64,000 nucleotides of DNA from Methanomicrobiales archaeon. Lineage in GTDB: Archaea > Halobacteriota > Methanomicrobia > Methanomicrobiales > Methanospirillaceae. Every line of letters starts with the position of its first letter. The stretch's first letter is position 1. The stretch is taken from NCBI GenBank assembly GCA_026394715.1, contig JAPKXR010000229.1:628-64627 (forward strand), read 5' to 3'. The notes beneath the pieces were generated by a model. The model was not told where the DNA came from and searched no databases. It worked only from the letters and a program-made list of their open reading frames with translations. The position numbers and the translations under genes were made by a program. Below, piece after piece: positions 44,092-53,323 of the stretch.

Positions 44092-45949
44092 CCTGAGTTT
44101 GTAGTTTTCTAACTTACTTGCTGCTGAAAATTTTCAAAAATCTAGATTATTGTGCTTTAATTTTAAAATGGCTTGTAGATATCAATAGGAAGATTTATCA
44201 CGTGGTAAGTTATAATTATAACCTACATGCACATCAAACGTATCAAAAAAAAGGATGGCGTTTATCTGTCTTCATATGAATCGTACAGGGAGGATGGAAA
44301 GGTAAAAACTAGATTCATCGAATATCTCGGTAAGGAAGGAGATGTGAGGGGCGTACCTCTTCCGAAAAAGTCAACGCATATTCAAACGCCACTTTATCCT
44401 GAAAGATCCAAAAGCGCTGGCGATGTAAAACTTATGTGGACCATTGCTGAAAAAAACCTCAATATGTCCAAAATCATCGATAAAATATGTTGTGGAAATG
44501 AAAATATTGAGGGGAAATCTCCCGGGAAAATATTGACTGCGTGGGCAATCAATAAGGCAACAAATCCAGTGAGTGCGACAAATCTTAGCGACTGGGTCAA
44601 AACTACCGTCATCCCGGATCTATTCGGGATTCCCGACGATTATTTTACCGATAGTGCATTCTATACTGCATTGGACCGTGTTTGTTTCAAAGATAATACC
44701 GCTGACGGGTATACTGACTTTGGCCAGTTAATATGTGATGAACTTTTCAGACATTGGCGTTTGCACAACCCACCCCTTACTAAAGGAACAGAAATCCTGG
44801 CATATGATCTGACCCCCGTGCTGATTTTTGGAAGTGGAGACGATCTCGGTGAGAAAGGGTATAATTCAAAAAAAGCAAACCGGAAACAGATTAATTTATG
44901 CGTTTTAGTCTCAAAATTAGACAAAACTCCCGTTTCTTACTTTATATTACCGGGAAATTTCAACTCCATGTCGTCAGTAAAAGATCTGCTGGTAACTTTA
45001 ATCGATTTGTCTTTTACTTCAGGAACACTGATTTGGGATCGGGGAAATACTTCCGAAGATTCAGTTAAGGATATTGAAAAAATGGGTTGGAAACTAATCT
45101 GTGGTGTCCCGACGATTTCGAATGAAGCAATTTCACTCATAGAAGCGACGGAGGTTCCAATCAGCGTCTCCAACCTGGTTAAATCGTCAGAAAAAAGTGC
45201 TTTGTATGCAAAGAGAGCAAAAGGGGAATTGTTCGGGAGACAGAATGCCGGGGTTGTCTACGTAAATTTATCGAAGAGATTGGGATTGAACGATGCCCGA
45301 AATAAACTTTTAAAAGACATTGGTGACGATTTGGATTTGTTAATTAAAGATTTGGGGGGACTTCACGAGAAGAAAATAAACGAGAAAATTTCGGAATTAG
45401 TGGGCAACTACGAGGAATTTTTTAAATTTGAAATAAGCCCGGTCGGTGACAATTATTCTCTGAAATGGGAATATGATTTCCAAGCGATCGATACAGCTGC
45501 AGCTTTTGACGGGAAGTATCTGTTATATTCAACAGATACGTTGGTAAAACCAACTGATGTTGTAAAGGAATATATCGGAAAGGATTTCGTCGAAAAGACG
45601 TTCGAAACTATGAAATCATATCTGAAAATCGCTCCTGTCCGGCATTGGCGGAATACTCGGATTCGAGCGTTTTTTTTCATCAATATGATGGCTCTTTGGT
45701 TAAGAAAAGTTTACGAACTCCGCTTAAACCAAATCAAGAGTAAAAAACAACAATATGGTTTCGATGAATTATTGAGACGCTTAAGGAGAGTATCTTATGT
45801 CGAGATTGAATGTGAGGATGGGGAGAAAGCATTCTGGTACCTTAATCTCAATGACGGACTTGTTGAGCAGTTGAAATTGATGGGGTTCAAAAATTTGTTT
45901 GATGAAAAGAGGTTGTGCCAGGTGTAGGTTATAAATCTACAAACTCAGG
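44092..45949 (+). mobile_element. IS1634-family insertion sequence (1858 bp)
   Basis: 26-bp terminal inverted repeats at 44092-44117 and 45924-45949, matching 23/26 (CCTGAGTTTGTAG...). AT-rich, with a single transposase ORF. Confidence 0.9.
44227..45927 (+). CDS. DDE transposase, IS1634 family
   Basis: N-terminal YLSSYESYREDGKVKTR..YLGK; DDE candidates AYDLT, WDRGN, VEKTFETMK; APVRHW. Confidence 0.9.
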   Translation: MHIKRIKKKDGVYLSSYESYREDGKVKTRFIEYLGKEGDVRGVPLPKKSTHIQTPLYPERSKSAGDVKLMWTIAEKNLNMSKIIDKICCGNENIEGKSPGKILTAWAINKATNPVSATNLSDWVKTTVIPDLFGIPDDYFTDSAFYTALDRVCFKDNTADGYTDFGQLICDELFRHWRLHNPPLTKGTEILAYDLTPVLIFGSGDDLGEKGYNSKKANRKQINLCVLVSKLDKTPVSYFILPGNFNSMSSVKDLLVTLIDLSFTSGTLIWDRGNTSEDSVKDIEKMGWKLICGVPTISNEAISLIEATEVPISVSNLVKSSEKSALYAKRAKGELFGRQNAGVVYVNLSKRLGLNDARNKLLKDIGDDLDLLIKDLGGLHEKKINEKISELVGNYEEFFKFEISPVGDNYSLKWEYDFQAIDTAAAFDGKYLLYSTDTLVKPTDVVKEYIGKDFVEKTFETMKSYLKIAPVRHWRNTRIRAFFFINMMALWLRKVYELRLNQIKSKKQQYGFDELLRRLRRVSYVEIECEDGEKAFWYLNLNDGLVEQLKLMGFKNLFDEKRLCQV

Positions 45950-46626
45950 ACAAAACTCCTACATTGTGTTCCACTTAGTCCTATATATAATGGGGACCCC
46001 GCACCCCTGGCGAAAAAGAGGTACATATCCATTTAGGTGCCCGGAAATCACCTTCCGATGACCCGGTATTGATAGGGATCCGATAATTCTATCACCCTTT
46101 GAAAGAAGGATACGCGGTTGAAATTCACGGTTGGCGGATGCACCCGTTTTCAGGCCATACCACGTCCCGGGTGACGGCCAGGTGCAGTGAACCAAGCCCA
46201 TTAAGAACCCGGATCCAGGAAAAGGAACGTGATATTGGGGTTATTTTAAAATATGGCCGATAATCATATATTTATGGAAACCGCCGGAAATACAGGCAGT
46301 AAGGACCAACAATCCGGGCACTTGCAGGAAGGGAGGTAGCAATGGGTGGCGCACTGGTAATACCCCGCTTATTTTTGGAATAACGGGCCTGGAATATGGC
46401 TGAATTTTTATCTGATAGGGACCAGATTGAATTGGCTTTTCTTTAATTTTGGTTGTTAAAAAAGAGGTTGATGCCATACCGCTGTTTTGTGACACAATAT
46501 ACACATACAAAAGTGTAGTATGTTGTACCCCATCGTAGCACTAGGCCAGGCCATTAGTCACCGAATTGCTCCCTTGATTAAGAGGGAACAAGAGCGTCTT
46601 GAAATCCAGGAATTTGATAAAAATAG

Positions 46627-47415
46627 TTATTTTGGATCGCCAACAGGACGGATGACGAATTTGCAGTGATCATCACCCATCGCATAACAGCGGAGCTCCG
46701 TTGTCATGTGATCTACCCCAAAATGCTGGGAAAAAATTGCTTCGAGAACGCCCGCGTCAAATGCACATGCCGGCCGTCCCAGGTGGGGCAGGTCATCGCA
46801 CTCAAAACAATCGTATACAATGAGTGTCACAGGGGAATAATTCTCCACTACTATCTGGCCCAGGTGATGCTCTTTCCAGAAATTCGCCGTTTTAACAATC
46901 AATGTGGAAAGGTCAGGACTTGCAATTGCGGCATACAACCCAAGCCCCATGCGAAACCCGGCTTCCCTGAGAATCGGGTCGATATTGATCCCTTTTGACA
47001 TCAGGGAGACCCTGATTGTCCGTAACATCAACTTGTAAAAGGTTGATGGGTCGTTGCCCTCGAGGAATGCGGCCACCATCTGACCCGACCCATCATCGTT
47101 GCATGTAATATCAGGAGATATCTCCCCGAGAAAACGGGACCGGATGTAAAAAAATTTCCTCCTCGAATCCGCGAGGTCTGGTTTCTCACCAATAATTCCC
47201 TCTTTTAATAGTGCGCCCAGGTGAGATGAGATGGTAGACTTGGCTTTTTGTGTAGCCTTGACAATCTCCTGGAACGACAACTCCCTGCCCCGGAGTACCG
47301 ATAGGATCTCTACACGGACCGGTGACTCAACAGTCCGGATGCCACGTTCTGTAGCGAACAGACCAATCGTTGGAGAAGATCCCGATTGTGCAGATATATC
47401 CATTTCAGCTTTCAT
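46627..47415 (-). CDS. ArsR-type HTH + V4R domain regulator (MsvR-like)
   Basis: SPVRVEIL..KAKSTISSHL HTH; V4R Cys motifs CFEC, CAFDAG, CYAMGDDHC. Confidence 0.88.
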   Translation of the reverse strand: MKAEMDISAQSGSSPTIGLFATERGIRTVESPVRVEILSVLRGRELSFQEIVKATQKAKSTISSHLGALLKEGIIGEKPDLADSRRKFFYIRSRFLGEISPDITCNDDGSGQMVAAFLEGNDPSTFYKLMLRTIRVSLMSKGINIDPILREAGFRMGLGLYAAIASPDLSTLIVKTANFWKEHHLGQIVVENYSPVTLIVYDCFECDDLPHLGRPACAFDAGVLEAIFSQHFGVDHMTTELRCYAMGDDHCKFVIRPVGDPK

Positions 47416-47583
47416 TCAGAGCCCCCTAATGCGAATTCTCCCCATTAAGATATCGGAGGGAGACTACTAAAGCATTCGGTAGAGAATGGAACAACCTATA
47501 TTATGGTAATAATACCAACTATCAATGTAAGCCGATAAAGCTTTATACCAGAAATTTGTGCAGGTGCCTGAATAGTGATTCCG

Positions 47584-48885
47584 ATGGAAAATGAAGTAGC
47601 TCGTATACGGGATATTTTAAAGGATCGCCCCCGGGGAATGACAATCGAAGAGATATCCCGCATTTTGCCCTTAAACAGGACGTCCACAGCTAAATATTTA
47701 AATACACTCCTGATCTCCGGGCAGGCCGATATGAAGTCGTACGGCCGTGCCAAAGTTTTTTCACTGACCCAGAGGGTCCCCGTATCCAACTTAATGAGCC
47801 TGTCATCGGAGCTCATCCTGGTACTTGACAGTGAACATACCATCAGCTATGTCAATGACCAGTTTTTACAGATTTTTCACCTGAAAAAACAGGACCTCGT
47901 CGGAAAGCAGATCGATCAGACCCACGTCCCCCACTACGTTTCCCCCCGGTTCCTTGACATGATGAATAAGGCATTTGAAGGAAAAGAGAGCGTCCATGAG
48001 CAACATATAAAAATCAGGACTCATGACTATTACTTTATTTCCAAACTGGCCCCCATGGTCTTTGATAATGGAAGCGCAGGTCTTGCGATCATCCTTAAAG
48101 ATATTACCCCGTTAAAAGAATATCAACTGCACCTTGAAAACCTTGTCGAAGAACGTACACGGGAGATTATAAAAACAAATGAGAACCTCGGGCAGGAGAT
48201 CGCCGACCATGAGGTGGCCAGAAATGCTCTTCGGGTCGTGAACAACAAGCTCAACCTCCTGGCCAGCGTCACACGACATGACATCCTCAACCAGATCACC
48301 GCAATATCCGGGTATCTTCAGCTCCTTGATCATGAATGTTCCAGCAATCCCTCGGTACCCCCTTATATCCAGAGTATCGAAAATGCCATCCGCATAATCC
48401 AGCGCCAGATCACGTTTACCCGCGACTACAAAGACCTCGGATTGAAATCACCTGAATGGCAGCGTGTGGAAGAAGTGATCCAGCGGGCCGCTTCACTACG
48501 CCCTCTGCCCCATGTCGACCTCCGTATTGAGACGGGCAAGCTCGAGATTTTAGCCGATCCGTTCCTTGAAAAAGTTTTTAGCAATATCTTTGATTATTCA
48601 TTACTCCGCGGAAAGAACGTAACAGAGATAGCCGTCACATTCCATAAGCAGGGAGAGGAGGGTACCCTCCTGGTAACGGATAACGGGGTCGGGGTCCCAA
48701 CATCAGAGAAAAAACGTATCTTCGAATATTCCGGTAAAGACGCGGGATTTAACCTCTTCCTTTCGCGTGAGATCCTCTCAATAACCGGCCTTTGCATCCA
48801 GGAAAATGGGGAGGAAGGAAATGGTGCGCGGTTTGAGATCCTAATCCCGGGTAGCACCTGGCGAAATGGAAATGGTCCCGCATGA
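47584..48885 (+). CDS. wHTH-PAS-histidine-kinase-like protein with degenerate ATP-binding motifs
   Basis: N-terminal GMTIEEIS..NRTSTAKYL HTH, PAS domain, H-box TRHDILNQ, G1 DNGVG. N-box reads NIFDYS. Alternative GTG start at 47575. Confidence 0.85.
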   Translation: MENEVARIRDILKDRPRGMTIEEISRILPLNRTSTAKYLNTLLISGQADMKSYGRAKVFSLTQRVPVSNLMSLSSELILVLDSEHTISYVNDQFLQIFHLKKQDLVGKQIDQTHVPHYVSPRFLDMMNKAFEGKESVHEQHIKIRTHDYYFISKLAPMVFDNGSAGLAIILKDITPLKEYQLHLENLVEERTREIIKTNENLGQEIADHEVARNALRVVNNKLNLLASVTRHDILNQITAISGYLQLLDHECSSNPSVPPYIQSIENAIRIIQRQITFTRDYKDLGLKSPEWQRVEEVIQRAASLRPLPHVDLRIETGKLEILADPFLEKVFSNIFDYSLLRGKNVTEIAVTFHKQGEEGTLLVTDNGVGVPTSEKKRIFEYSGKDAGFNLFLSREILSITGLCIQENGEEGNGARFEILIPGSTWRNGNGPA

Positions 48886-48935
48886 TCTGCCCTCCATGAA
48901 ATTTTCACAGGCCAAAAAAATTGTGGGGGTTCAGC

Positions 48936-49526
48936 TTATTTTTTCACAATGTCCACTACCCGGATAGTAAATAAAAGGTCCTGTCCTGCAAGCAGGTGAT
49001 TTTCATCAATCGTGATGCTGGTCTCATTGGCAGTGAGGATATACACATAACCGATCGTGCCATCGGGCTTGACAAACCGGATTGAATCACCAGGTTTTGG
49101 ATTCCAGGCCTCCGGGTCTTTCACCGAAAGTGTGGCAAGTACCACATCCTTCGGCAGTACATTCACCAGACTCTGGATTCTCGGCCCATATGCCTGGTCT
49201 GCCGGTATCATTACCGTCTTATTTTCCCCAATACCCATACCAATAACTGCTTTATCAAAGCCGGAAATGACCATTCCTGACCCTGCGACAAACTCTACCG
49301 GGGTCCCGTTGAGTGAGGACTCGAACGGCCGTCCGTTTGAGGCCAGCGCGGCTGTATAATGGACCTTTACCGTGTCATTGGGCTTGACAACTACGTTCTG
49401 ATTGGCAACGGCCGTCTGCGATGTACACCCCGTTACCATAATAGCGGCTAAAATAAGAACAATTGTGATCCCGATAAAAAATCGGCCATCCGGCCCATTT
49501 CTCCGGTTCCTGCTGCGGATTGACAT
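48936..49526 (-). CDS. FKBP-type peptidyl-prolyl isomerase with lipoprotein-like signal
   Basis: VKVHYT, ISGFDKAVIGM, IPADQAYG, IDENHLLAG. Basic N-terminus plus hydrophobic stretch ending VTGC. Confidence 0.88.
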   Translation of the reverse strand: MSIRSRNRRNGPDGRFFIGITIVLILAAIMVTGCTSQTAVANQNVVVKPNDTVKVHYTAALASNGRPFESSLNGTPVEFVAGSGMVISGFDKAVIGMGIGENKTVMIPADQAYGPRIQSLVNVLPKDVVLATLSVKDPEAWNPKPGDSIRFVKPDGTIGYVYILTANETSITIDENHLLAGQDLLFTIRVVDIVKK

Positions 49527-49649
49527 ACTAGTACATATGAGAAGTAATCGGATAATAGACCTGTGCTCACACAAATAGCATGATGAAATCACTGTTGGAA
49601 ATCTGATGGATTGATTTGCACTAAAACGGTAGGATTAATCAGAAAATCC

Positions 49650-49667
49650 CCTGGATAAGTATCCAGG
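49650..49667. promoter_or_regulatory. Palindrome CCTGGATA-AG-TATCCAGG (candidate operator)
   Basis: Perfect 8-bp arms in the divergent FKBP/nifB intergenic region. Confidence 0.35.
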
Positions 49668-49777
49668 ATATTTTTCGCACCGTGCAACTGGTCCGGGCAG
49701 GTACCCGGTTCATGGGTACAGCAGGGACAGTTCTCGAATTTTATATAGCCGGAGGAAGAACTGTACTACGGTTTATC

Positions 49778-50674
49778 ATGGTCGAAGAAGGGTACCGGGA
49801 AACGGTAGTACAGGGAAAGGCGGTCCAGTGGGACCCCGAACAACTCCGTAAGATTCAGGAACACCCATGCTTTTCTGAAAAAGCATGTCACGGGTTTGGA
49901 CGCTGTCATGTGGCAGTCGCTCCGAAATGCAATATCCAGTGCAATTACTGCATCAGGGACTTCGACTGTGTCAATGAAAGTCGCCCAGGGGTCACGGCAA
50001 AAGTCCTTAACTCAGGTGAAGCGATAGACCTGGTAAAAGGGGTGGTTGAGAAATATAACTATATCAAGGTAGTCGGGATAGCCGGGCCCGGCGAACCTCT
50101 TGCAAACGAGGAGACCTTTGAAACGCTCCGCAGGCTCCATGATGAATTTCCGAACGTGATCAAATGTATCTCGACAAACGGGCTCCTTCTCCCCGAAAAA
50201 ATCGACCTGCTCCAGGAATATGACGTGGGAAATATCACCGTCACCCTGAACGCAATTGACCCTGATATCGGGGCGAAGATCTACCAGTTTATCGAATGGA
50301 AAGGCAAGCGCTACACCGGTGTAGAAGGTGCAAGAATTCTCCTCGAAAACCAGTTAAAAGGAATTGAAGAGGCCGTGAAGAGGAAAATGGTCGTAAAAAT
50401 CAACACGGTCTATATCCCGGGTATTAATGAACACCATATTGTGGATATCGCAAAAAAGGTCGGCGAAATGGGTGTTTACACGTTTAATGTAATCCCACTT
50501 ATTGCCCAGTATAAATTTGCCGATATCGTTCCACCGACCCCTGAAATGAAAAAGAAGATGCAGGACTCCTGTGAACCATATGTACGCCAGATGAGGCATT
50601 GCCAACGTTGCAGGGCGGATGCCATCGGAAAGCTCGGCCACGATCTGAACAGCTGCCTCGACACAGAGAAGTAG
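49778..50674 (+). CDS. nifB: NifB-like radical SAM protein (no NifX domain)
   Basis: HPCF, CNIQCNYC, ESRPGV, AGPGEPL, STNG, C-terminal RHCQRCRADA. Confidence 0.88.
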   Translation: MVEEGYRETVVQGKAVQWDPEQLRKIQEHPCFSEKACHGFGRCHVAVAPKCNIQCNYCIRDFDCVNESRPGVTAKVLNSGEAIDLVKGVVEKYNYIKVVGIAGPGEPLANEETFETLRRLHDEFPNVIKCISTNGLLLPEKIDLLQEYDVGNITVTLNAIDPDIGAKIYQFIEWKGKRYTGVEGARILLENQLKGIEEAVKRKMVVKINTVYIPGINEHHIVDIAKKVGEMGVYTFNVIPLIAQYKFADIVPPTPEMKKKMQDSCEPYVRQMRHCQRCRADAIGKLGHDLNSCLDTEK

Positions 50675-50781
50675 AGAGAATCAGAATTTTACCAGGCTCT
50701 TTTTTTTCTGTCACCGCTATTTTTTTAATCCCGTCCAGGGATTATATCGGGAAAATTAATCATCCTCTCCCCGAAGCACAT

Positions 50782-51696
50782 TCATCCGGGTAGAGTGTCC
50801 TTTTCAAACAAGTCAATCAAAGCCCGGGAGAGGCTTAACGGCCCCGGCAAACCAGGCAGTTCACCTCTTTTAAACCATGCCGCATCCTCAATCTCTGTTT
50901 TATCAGCCCTTATCGTCCCCCCTGCGTAGGAAGCCACGAATCCGATCATCAGCGAGTCAGGGAAGGGCCACGGCTGGCTCCCGATATAATGGAGATCGCA
51001 GATTGTGATCCCGGTCTCTTCCATTACCTCACGGTGGACTGCATGCTCAATTGTCTCACCCGGTTCGACAAACCCGGCTACCACGCTATACACTCCTGGT
51101 GGAAAACCAGAAGAACGGGCAAGAAGGATCTCGTTATCCCGCCTGACCAGTACAATAATTGCCGGTGAGAGCCGGGGGTAGATAACCTGGTCACATTCCG
51201 GGCATCGTTTGGCTAGTTCGGTATTCATCAACCGGTTCCGCGAACCACAAACCCCACAGAATTTCGTAGTCCGGTCAAACAACAGGATATGAGATGCCCG
51301 TGCCGCAACACCCAGAAATTCATCACGGGTCCGCCCGAAAAGCCCCCGTATATCGGAAAATTGAAAGTTCTGCGGGGGTCCTGGAGAACTGGACAGGGCA
51401 ACTGCATAGCAGGACACGCCACCGGACATGCCGATAAATATCGGGGCCTCTGAAGATAGGTTAAACAAACGGTGTATATCCTGGAATTGGATCGGACCAT
51501 TCCCTTCGGGGACGAGGATTTCAGTTCCACGAAAAATAAACCAGTGGCAGGTTTCATTGCCAGCTGGCGGAGCGGGATAACGGGTATCCAGTTGCTTTGA
51601 ATCAAAAAATGGCACATATCCCGGTATCCTGCTGCAGGCAGGGTCCCACAGTCCTGAGGGCAGGTAACGGGTGGGTGGTGGTGGGCAGGATTTCAT
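50782..51696 (-). CDS. nudC: NADH pyrophosphatase NudC (start uncertain)
   Basis: FCGVCG..CPEC zinc finger, YPRLSPA, Nudix box GFVEPGETIEHAVHREVMEETG, SQPWPFP. Confidence 0.93.
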   Translation of the reverse strand: MKSCPPPPTRYLPSGLWDPACSRIPGYVPFFDSKQLDTRYPAPPAGNETCHWFIFRGTEILVPEGNGPIQFQDIHRLFNLSSEAPIFIGMSGGVSCYAVALSSSPGPPQNFQFSDIRGLFGRTRDEFLGVAARASHILLFDRTTKFCGVCGSRNRLMNTELAKRCPECDQVIYPRLSPAIIVLVRRDNEILLARSSGFPPGVYSVVAGFVEPGETIEHAVHREVMEETGITICDLHYIGSQPWPFPDSLMIGFVASYAGGTIRADKTEIEDAAWFKRGELPGLPGPLSLSRALIDLFEKDTLPG

Positions 51697-51986
51697 CAGA
51701 TCACCATCCGGGCACGCAATCTGTGCACACCGGATACATCGTATTCAAGGTTGCCAGATCTCATAAAATGAGGGCTGGGTTGACAAGGGAGCAGATGAGA
51801 TCCAATGGCTGCCGTTCCCCCGGGTCCCTCTGCAGGATGGCATTGTAACGGGAAGTCCCAAGAGCAAGTGGATTCCTTTGGAGGGGATGAGGACTGATAA
51901 ATTAATCATTCCAACATCCCGGTGCAAATTTCCCTTGTACCTTGGCCTGACACACCCATGAAGCTCATGAAGAAAAAATGATAGGA

Positions 51987-52457
51987 TTATGAGCGAATTG
52001 AACTGTTTGCTTTCCCGGAGATGATTTCATTGAGACTATCAATCACCGGTTGGAGAACTAAGGGCACACCGGTGTCCTCTGCTGTTACCGTGTAATTATG
52101 GTAGGTAATCGTGTAGGTGAAATAATCGGCCCCGGGCGACTGGGCAGGGTAGTACGCATTCATCCGGACAAAACCGATGGAATAAAAAGAGTCCCTGATC
52201 GTGTCCAGCGCGTTCTGGTTCACGATAAATGCACCACGCCCGCGTTGTCCTGAATAAACCGCGGCCCCATTTTCAAAGACAACCAGGTGGTCATCAAATC
52301 CGCCGATCCCACCAGTACGGGTATAATCAACCAGGATTGCCGGGCCCGGTACAGGAGTAATATTTTTTGCAGGCTGGTCCACGCATCCGGCCATACATAC
52401 AAGAGCCACAACAAAAAGGAATGCGGCTGACGTAAACAGGCGGACAGATATTCCCAT
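51987..52457 (-). CDS. Predicted lipoprotein, possibly emfourin (M4 protease inhibitor)-like
   Basis: Hydrophobic leader ending MAGC; RTGGIGG and GADYFTYTITY motifs. Confidence 0.65.
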   Translation of the reverse strand: MGISVRLFTSAAFLFVVALVCMAGCVDQPAKNITPVPGPAILVDYTRTGGIGGFDDHLVVFENGAAVYSGQRGRGAFIVNQNALDTIRDSFYSIGFVRMNAYYPAQSPGADYFTYTITYHNYTVTAEDTGVPLVLQPVIDSLNEIISGKANSSIRS

Positions 52458-52560
52458 AATAACAGTTATTCTCCCACAGATTAAGATGCTTTTGTTTACG
52501 CCATGGAATTCAGGGAATTCCTGCCGGCAGTGCTGCCATAAGGGCCCCGGGATTTTCACC

Positions 52561-52887
52561 CTAGATCTCCAGTATCTCACCACTAATTTTCTTCGCACCC
52601 TTTTTCTCGGGTAGGACTGCTTCGACTGCAGTTAGCAGCTGCTCCAGTTTTTCATTCACAAAAATCTGCCGAAACGCCAGCAGTTCAGTTCTGCCCATGA
52701 CCATAATCCCCTTTTTCTTCATCGGCCGTCCATTCTCATCAACCGGATTTACCTCCATGGCAAGCGATGCAGGCCGGCTCCGTGTTGCGGGAAGCCGGAT
52801 TATTGATACACCAGGTAATGAAGTGTTCTTCCGCTCCCAGTCCTCACCAGTGTCAAGTAACACGCGCAGGTTTTCAGTTATTTCCAT
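52561..52887 (-). CDS. Hypothetical protein
   Basis: 108-aa ORF with GGAGTG RBS; globular composition (DWERK..PGV..LP..EVNPVD..KKG). Confidence 0.75.
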   Translation of the reverse strand: MEITENLRVLLDTGEDWERKNTSLPGVSIIRLPATRSRPASLAMEVNPVDENGRPMKKKGIMVMGRTELLAFRQIFVNEKLEQLLTAVEAVLPEKKGAKKISGEILEI

Positions 52888-53323
52888 GATATTCACTCCG
52901 GTTGCCACCTTAAAGGTTTATGCCACGCGGGGTGAAAGTGAACAATACAATCTAAATTCGTTCCCGAAGTCAACCAGGTCATGAATCAGTCTGAATATAT
53001 TACCCGGACAAAAAATGTCCTCTGAGTTTACTGCATGACAACTCACGTTCACCCCTCGTATTCCACCACGTTATCCCCTGTGAACCCCTTGGAGCGATCC
53101 GGAAAAGACATGGGCACGGGTAACTGATATTAAAATACAGTGCTGGAATGCGCCCTGACAAATTGATGAGGCAATGGTCACCCCACGAGGTCACCGGCGG
53201 GAAAAGAGACAGGGGCAGCGCCGGATGATTCCTGACTGGTGTGAAATGTCACAGGTAATGCGCGGGCATGCCCGCTTCAAAGTGATTAATGCCATCAGTT
53301 GCCGATAGTACAGGTACTGCGCT

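Noticed and set aside
45950..46626. 680-bp unexplained region right of the IS, with ORFs 45959-46201 and 46241-46510
   Set aside because: No recognisable protein motif, RNA structure or repeat; left unannotated.
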